A stretch of DNA of 64,000 nt, taken from Methanoregula sp. Lineage in GTDB: Archaea; Halobacteriota; Methanomicrobia; Methanomicrobiales; Methanospirillaceae. The stretch's first letter is position 1, and every line of letters begins with the position of its first letter. This document shows positions 58,542 to 64,000 of the stretch, piece after piece. Below the pieces are notes generated by a model, which worked only from the letters and a program-made list of their open reading frames with translations, searched no databases and was not told where the DNA came from. The DNA lies in NCBI GenBank assembly GCA_039698055.1, contig JBDKTL010000016.1:58820-122819 (forward strand), given 5' to 3'. The position numbers and the translations under genes were made by a program.

Positions 58542-59837
58542 TTACACGTTTGCGAGCGCCTGGCTGAGGTCTTCAATGATATCTTCGATATCCTCGGTCC
58601 CGATGGAGAGCCGGACTGCGTCTGGCGTGACACCGGTCTTTGCCTGCTCTTCCACGGTCAGCTGCTGATGGGTGGTTGTCGCAGGATGGATCACGAGGCT
58701 CTTTGAGTCCCCGATGTTGGCAAGGTTACTAAAGAGCCTGAGGTGATCGATGAACTTCCGTGACGCCGCTTCCCCGCCCTTGATACCGACACCGACGAGA
58801 GGGCCATACCCCCCGACAAGGTATTTCTCCGTGAGCGTATGGCTCGGGTGATCGGGAAGTCCCGGATAATTTACCCATGCAACCTTCGGGTGCCCCTGCA
58901 GGAATTTCGCAACCGCAAATGCATTTTCCGAGTGCCGGGGGACACGCAGGTGGAGCGTCTCAAGGCCGATCAAAAAGAGCCATGCATTGAACGGGCTGAG
59001 CACAGCACCGGTATCTCTCATGAGAGAGACACGGATCTTAAAGACAAACGCGACGTTCCCAAGGCCCGGGAAGTTCCCGAATGTGTCCCAGTACTTCAGG
59101 CCATGATAGCCCGGGTCAGGCTCGGTGAACTCGGGAAACTTGCCGTTGTTCCAGGCAAACTTACCGGAGTCAACAATCACACCGCCAACTGAATTGCCGT
59201 GGCCGCCGATATACTTGGTTGCCGAATGAACGACAATGTCTGCACCGTATTCAATGGGCCGTACGAGACCGACACCGGTGGTATTGTCGACGATGAAGGG
59301 GACACCGTTTTCATGGGCGATCTTTGCAATGGCCTCAAAATCGGGCGTGTCCAGTTTCGGGTTGCCCACGGTCTCGGCATAGAACGCCCGGGTTTTACCG
59401 GTGACCGCTTTCCTGAACTCTTCAGGTTTTGTGGAGTCGACAAAGACCACGTGCCTCCCGAACTTCGGGAGCGTGTAGTGGAAGAACTCGTATGTGCCGC
59501 CGTACAGGTTGTCTGCCGATACGATCTCGTCGCCCGGACAGGTAATATTCAGGATCGCGTAGGTTATGGCGGCGGCTCCGGATGCCGTTGCGATTGCCCC
59601 GGTCCCGCCTTCAATGGCCGCGACACGTTTTTCGAACACGTCGGTGGTCGGGTTCATGAGCCGGGTGTAGATGTTTCCCAGTTCCCGTAGCCCGAACAGG
59701 TTTGCCGCATGCTCGGTGTTTTTGAATACGTAGGAGGTCGTCTGGTACAGCGGTACGGTTCGCGATCCGGTGGTTGGATCGGGCACCTGCCCCGCATGAA
59801 GGGAGGTGGTGCCAAGATTGAATTTCTTTTTTGTCAT
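58542..59837 (-). CDS. metY: O-acetylhomoserine sulfhydrylase / cysteine synthase
   Basis: [30 protein letters not shown] (PLP Lys), [22 protein letters not shown]. Confidence 0.94.
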   Translation of the reverse strand: MTKKKFNLGTTSLHAGQVPDPTTGSRTVPLYQTTSYVFKNTEHAANLFGLRELGNIYTRLMNPTTDVFEKRVAAIEGGTGAIATASGAAAITYAILNITCPGDEIVSADNLYGGTYEFFHYTLPKFGRHVVFVDSTKPEEFRKAVTGKTRAFYAETVGNPKLDTPDFEAIAKIAHENGVPFIVDNTTGVGLVRPIEYGADIVVHSATKYIGGHGNSVGGVIVDSGKFAWNNGKFPEFTEPDPGYHGLKYWDTFGNFPGLGNVAFVFKIRVSLMRDTGAVLSPFNAWLFLIGLETLHLRVPRHSENAFAVAKFLQGHPKVAWVNYPGLPDHPSHTLTEKYLVGGYGPLVGVGIKGGEAASRKFIDHLRLFSNLANIGDSKSLVIHPATTTHQQLTVEEQAKTGVTPDAVRLSIGTEDIEDIIEDLSQALANV

Positions 59838-59887
59838 TGCTGGTTCCTCTTTTTTTTTGACATTGGTTGTCCGCAGGTAACGATCAT
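59834..59887 (-). other. Candidate 17-aa uORF ([17 protein letters not shown]) overlapping the metY start
   Basis: GGTGA SD-like element 7 nt upstream; its TGA overlaps the metY ATG (ATGA). Confidence 0.35.
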
Positions 59888-59955
59888 GGAGTCGTCACCC
59901 GACGCATCATGGCCGGTATTTTTCTGGATTTTTTTGTGATAGCCGCGGGGATTTG

Positions 59956-61320
59956 TTATTTCTGGATTGGAAGTTGGTATTTCTCTGCAATCTCCATGAA
60001 CGCGTCCGAGAGATACCTGACCTGTTTCCAGTTCAAAGCGTAGGTGTTGAGTTTCCACGTCCGGGTCGCACCCGCAAACTCGCCGACGATGCCACGGGAC
60101 GAGAGTTCGTCGCTGAAGTAGAACCCGCGGCGCTTGTGGGTCTGTGCAACCGTGTCGAAACTGCCGGTGGTGTCGATTTTGGTGAGTGTATGTTTTCTCG
60201 GGTACTGGGACAGGACCCTGCTCCCGGAGATCGTCAGGAGCTTATCGATGAAAAAATTTGATTTTTTCACTTCTTCGTCCCAGTGGAGGGTTCGTTCTTT
60301 GACCGTGGGAAACGATGCCATCATCGACAGCAGGGTACCGCCCATCAGCGTGCACCCGAGCATCTCGACTTCCTTGATCCCGAATTTGCGTTTGGTCAGG
60401 TCACCGACCATCGCCGTAGTCCGGAGGGCTTTTGGAACCCATTCCCCGGTCATTGCCAGAACACCTGACGGCGCAACCGATGCCATACTCTTGTGTCCGG
60501 AGCCGACAACAAAGTCTGCCCCGATCTTCTTCCCATCGACCGGCATGACACCGACCGTATATGCCCCGTTATAGAGGAAGGGAATGTCGTACTGGTGTGC
60601 GACTTTCCCGATGGCGGTAATCTCGTGCTCGTTTGCATACTGGTAATCGAAATGGTCGATCATGACCAGTACCGGGAGTTTTCCGGTCTCTGATTTGACC
60701 TCTTCGATCTTCTGGGCGGTTGCTTCCCCGGTCACGATATGGTTGTCGTTGAGCGGGACTTCTTTGACGATCCCACCGGCATTTTCCACGGCAAGGAACT
60801 CGGTATAGTGGGCGAGCGCCGATACAATGACGGTGTCACCTTTCCCGACAAGAGTCCCGGCAACTGCCTGGAAGCCGCGCCGGGCTCCTGGCACCACCCG
60901 TGCCTCGTCCATGTTGAGCCACCTTGCGAGTTCCTCGTGGAACTCCGCAATGCCGGGTTTTGAGATCTTGTCGAGCCGGAACGGTTTGCGGCAGGCATCA
61001 CAGGTCGAGTACCCGTCACCATAGGAGATGATTGCTTTGCGGGCTTCCGTGGTGAGCCTTCCTGCTGCCTGGATCGGATGGATGTTGATGTACTGTTCTT
61101 CCCGGGATCTGACATCGAGCGTCCCGGCGATTTTTGTTACCCGAGGTGTGCCGGTTCCTGCTTCGAGATCAGCGACGATTGCCTTTAGCCCGGCAATACG
61201 CTGATTGAATGCTGCCAGCTCTTCTGAATCAAAGCCGGTCGGGAGCGACTTGCGAAAGAGCCCCCGGATCTCTTCGAGCGCAAAGAGTGCTTCGAATGTT
61301 TTCTGAATTCTGATACTCAT
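59956..61320 (-). CDS. pscS: O-phosphoseryl-tRNA:Cys-tRNA synthase (SepCysS) with ~65-aa N-terminal extension
   Basis: NIHPIQAAGRL, GDGYSTCDAC, GARRGF, HY, NGAY, GSGHKSMA (PLP Lys), MLGCT. Confidence 0.93.
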   Translation of the reverse strand: MSIRIQKTFEALFALEEIRGLFRKSLPTGFDSEELAAFNQRIAGLKAIVADLEAGTGTPRVTKIAGTLDVRSREEQYINIHPIQAAGRLTTEARKAIISYGDGYSTCDACRKPFRLDKISKPGIAEFHEELARWLNMDEARVVPGARRGFQAVAGTLVGKGDTVIVSALAHYTEFLAVENAGGIVKEVPLNDNHIVTGEATAQKIEEVKSETGKLPVLVMIDHFDYQYANEHEITAIGKVAHQYDIPFLYNGAYTVGVMPVDGKKIGADFVVGSGHKSMASVAPSGVLAMTGEWVPKALRTTAMVGDLTKRKFGIKEVEMLGCTLMGGTLLSMMASFPTVKERTLHWDEEVKKSNFFIDKLLTISGSRVLSQYPRKHTLTKIDTTGSFDTVAQTHKRRGFYFSDELSSRGIVGEFAGATRTWKLNTYALNWKQVRYLSDAFMEIAEKYQLPIQK

Positions 61321-61325
61321 GGAAA

Positions 61326-61406
61326 TCACGCGTCCCTTGTGTGCCGATGTATTTTACTGACGATATAAGTTTCTTCATTTTCATGGATCGTGTCATCAAG
61401 GCGCAT
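61326..61406 (-). other. Candidate 26-aa small ORF (MRLDDTIHENEETYIVSKIHRHTRDA) between tRNA-Cys and pscS
   Basis: Strong SD GAGGTG 5 nt before ATG; stop 5 nt before pscS ATG. Confidence 0.45.
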
Positions 61407-61426
61407 TTTGACACCTCGCTAACAAA

Positions 61427-61497
61427 AGCCAGCGCCCGGAATCGAACCGGGTTACGCTGATCTGCAGTCAGCTGCGTAGCCTTTCCGCCACACTGGC
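61427..61497 (-). tRNA. tRNA-Cys(GCA), copy 2
   Basis: Cloverleaf: GCCAGTG/CGCTGGC acceptor, GCTGA-CTGCAGA-TCAGC anticodon arm, 4-nt V loop, CCCGG-TTCGATT-CCGGG, U73; CCA not encoded. Confidence 0.95.
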
Positions 61498-61521
61498 ATT
61501 TTTTGTCAGAACCGGCAAAAG

Positions 61522-61594
61522 AGCCAAGGCCCGGAATCGAACCGGGATGAAAGTTGATCTGCAATCAACCGCGTGGCCACTCCGCCACCTTGGC
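61522..61594 (-). tRNA. tRNA-Cys(GCA), copy 1
   Basis: Cloverleaf: GCCAAGG/CCTTGGC acceptor, GTTGA-TTGCAGA-TCAAC anticodon arm, 6-nt V region, CCCGG-TTCGATT-CCGGG, U73. Confidence 0.94.
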
Positions 61595-61603
61595 GCTGTC
61601 CGG

Positions 61604-61659
61604 AATTCACGATTGTGAATTTGACTATAATAGATAACAATTGTGAATATATTAATTTT
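61604..61659 (-). promoter_or_regulatory. Putative promoter/operator of the tRNA-Cys-pscS unit
   Basis: AAAATTAATATA (minus strand) BRE/TATA-like element; AATTCAC-N4-GTGAATT palindrome and a second ATTGTGAAT copy. Confidence 0.45.
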
Positions 61660-62513
61660 GCGGAAACGTCCATTTTTTCCGGAATTTTTTTACCAGGCAT
61701 ATGCGATCCATCCGGACACCTTAGTTACCCACAATTAAGTCTGCGCTGTGCCAATGCCTGATCGCATAAAATTTGATGGGAACATACGATTGATCCCTGA
61801 TATCGGCAAGTTTCCTGAACAATCAAGGTCATGCGCTTTCATCACGATAGGAGAAAATAGAGGCCGTTGTAGTGTAACTGAGATTGATCCTGCTCATCTC
61901 TCATGATAATTTCTGGTGGGAGCGTTACATTCTCTGGCAGATTTATCCGGGAAAAACCCGTTTTTGTTGGATACAATCCATAATCAGTCGGAAAGAAGAC
62001 ATCATTTTTGTAATCGATAAAACATGAATACGGATATCATTTCACGTTAAAGGGAGAGTCTTTTTCTTTCTGGTGTATCAGGTCGATATTTCAGATTATC
62101 ATTTTCAGACAAAATACAAAATTTTATAAATTAAAGAAAGAATATTCCTTCTTACAGAACTGGGGAGGAAAGATTTGATAATTGAAAAAAAAAGGGAATT
62201 GATAATACGGTTCTGTTTCCTTCGAATGATCCCACCTGTTTCAGGTGAAGGATCATCATGTACGGCATTGAATGAACAAAATTATGACATTGAGGTGAAT
62301 TTCATCTAGCTTACTCGTTTGCGGTTTTATTATCGTAAGCAGAGTGGATGGATTTGCTTTTGTTTAAAGCAGATCTGACCCGGACAAAAAATACAGCGAA
62401 CATCATGAGAAAGAACATGATGACCTTCTGTAGTGGAGCGTTCGGGTACCGGGTAACCAATTCTGTCCTTATGATGAGAACCACAAGCATGATCATCGAA
62501 CGGAGGTCATGGA

Positions 62514-64000
62514 ATGTTGAATCGATCTGAATTGTTGAAGAGATTTTTTATTTTATTGATCCTGATGGCGATAACAATACCGGCTATCACATCAGCGGTG
62601 CAGACAGCTGATCCCAATGGTGCGAATACAGGCACGGCAATCGACGTTCCTGCAGCTAACCCGGGCCAGCCGACCCAGGAAGAAATGGCATACGCCGTCG
62701 GGCATAATAAGGTTTCAATAAATATTATGTGGACCCTGCTTGCAGGATTCCTGGTTATGTTCATGCAGGCCGGGTTTGCCATGGTCGAGACAGGGATGAC
62801 ACGGGCGAAGAACGCTGCCCATACCATTACGATGAACCTGCTGGTTTATCCGCTTGGACTTCTGGGTTTTTTCCTGACGGGTTTTGCCATCATGTTTGGC
62901 GGCGTCGGCCCGCTGGGAACATTGGGAGGGTACCCGGGTCTGAGCAATGAGTTCTCAATCAGCCTGCTCGGGCACAATTTCGGCCTGTTCGGTATGACCG
63001 GCTTTGGCCTCATCGGCACTTACGATGTTGGAGTCCTTACGATGTTCCTGTTCCAGGCCGTCTTCATGGATACAGCAGCCACAATTCCAACAGGTGCTCT
63101 TGCCGAACGTTGGAAGTTCGCATCGTTCTGTCTCATGGGATTCATGGTGGGAGCCCTCATCTACCCGTTGTTTGGCAACTGGGTCTGGGGCGGCGGCTGG
63201 CTTGCGCAGCTCGGGGTCAACTTCGGGCTTGGCCACGGTCATGTTGACTTCGCAGGTTCATCCGTTGTGCACATGACGGGAGGGGTCATCGGGCTCGTGG
63301 GTGCGTGGATTATCGGTGCAAGGATTGGCAAATACAACAAAGACGGCTCGAGCAACGCCATAGTTGGTCACAGTATACCCATGGCTGTTATCGGTACATT
63401 CATCCTGGCATTCGGCTGGTTTGGATTCAACCCCGGCTCTACGCTTGCCGGCGGCGATCTTCGCATAGCCATTGTAGCCGTGAACACGATGCTTGCCTCA
63501 ATGTCAGGAGCGCTCATGGCCGTAGCCTGGATGTGGGCTGTGCGGACGAAGAAACCCGACCCGGGTATGGCGTGCAATGGCATGCTTGCAGGACTGGTCG
63601 CTATAACGGCTCCCTGCGCTTTCGTTAATCCGCTTGCCGCAGTAATCATCGGTATTGTTGCGGGAGTTCTTGTCGTCGAGTCGGTCTTCTTCTTTGAGAG
63701 GAAGGCAAAGATTGATGATCCGGTCGGGGCCATATCCGTACACGGCGTAAACGGTGCCTGGGGCTGCATCGCTCTTGGCCTGTTTGCGGACGGGACCTAT
63801 GGTTTTGGCTGGAATGGTGTTCCGGGGGCAGTGACCGGGTTGCTCTATGGCGATCCGATGCAACTCGTGGCCGAATTTATCGGTGTATTCACAAACCTGA
63901 TATTTGTCGGCATACTGGCTTACATCGTCTATAAGGTAATATCCCTCATTGTTCCGATGCGGGTCAGCCCGGAAACAGAACTTGCTGGCCTTGATGTTCC
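62514..64000 (+). CDS. amt: Ammonium transporter (Amt), truncated by the window end; not in ORF track
   Basis: Manual translation after GGAGGT SD: signal-like N-terminus, LVMFMQAGFAMVETG, FQAVF, GALAER, DFAGSSVVH, GWFGFNPGS, IDDPVGA..VHG. Confidence 0.95.
   Translation, partial: MLNRSELLKRFFILLILMAITIPAITSAVQTADPNGANTGTAIDVPAANPGQPTQEEMAYAVGHNKVSINIMWTLLAGFLVMFMQAGFAMVETGMTRAKNAAHTITMNLLVYPLGLLGFFLTGFAIMFGGVGPLGTLGGYPGLSNEFSISLLGHNFGLFGMTGFGLIGTYDVGVLTMFLFQAVFMDTAATIPTGALAERWKFASFCLMGFMVGALIYPLFGNWVWGGGWLAQLGVNFGLGHGHVDFAGSSVVHMTGGVIGLVGAWIIGARIGKYNKDGSSNAIVGHSIPMAVIGTFILAFGWFGFNPGSTLAGGDLRIAIVAVNTMLASMSGALMAVAWMWAVRTKKPDPGMACNGMLAGLVAITAPCAFVNPLAAVIIGIVAGVLVVESVFFFERKAKIDDPVGAISVHGVNGAWGCIALGLFADGTYGFGWNGVPGAVTGLLYGDPMQLVAEFIGVFTNLIFVGILAYIVYKVISLIVPMRVSPETELAGLDV

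Noticed and set aside
61660-62513. NrpR operator (GGAA-N6-TTCC) or hidden gene upstream of amt
   Set aside because: Only a one-mismatch site (GGAATTTTTTTACC at 61681), far from amt; short ORFs here lack support
1-64000. CRISPR array, rRNA, integrase or provirus
   Set aside because: No regularly spaced repeats, rRNA-like sequence, recombinase or virion genes seen

Overview
Archaeal chromosomal window. Gene content and style (SepCysS, TiaS, thermosome, archaeal mevalonate genes, REC-PAS-kinase hybrid) fit a methanogen, most likely Methanomicrobiales (Methanoregula-like); this is inferred, not searched. Most of it is housekeeping: hisG, mevalonate cluster, ribK/ribB, RPA, pyrF, dys, tiaS, thermosome, por-type oxidoreductase, K+ transport, ribL, truA, malic enzyme, thiI and a partial amt. 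Three regions stand out. (1) At 18.7-24.5 kb is a defence-type island. A fused type IIG restriction-modification gene has an AT-rich target-recognition segment. Its last ~190 bp recur ~1.7 kb downstream, and the two copies bracket an AT-rich cargo: an unannotated 46-aa Zn-ribbon ORF, a DUF6978-like gene with an in-frame amber codon, and a DUF1828/DUF1829-like gene. A VapBC pair follows. (2) At 49.4-52.7 kb are a frameshifted YkgJ-like gene, an intact IS1595-family element with TIRs and a double-HKD phospholipase D-like gene. (3) At 54.6-61.6 kb is a minus-strand tRNA/sulfur unit: two divergent tandem tRNA-Cys(GCA) genes, a small SD-led ORF, an N-terminally extended SepCysS, a Cys-codon uORF, MetY, MetX-CBS, a stand-alone ThrRS editing domain with a Cys-rich tail, DUF1890, DUF1894 and ThiI. 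No CRISPR array or rRNA was seen. Family names come from motif recognition, without database searches.
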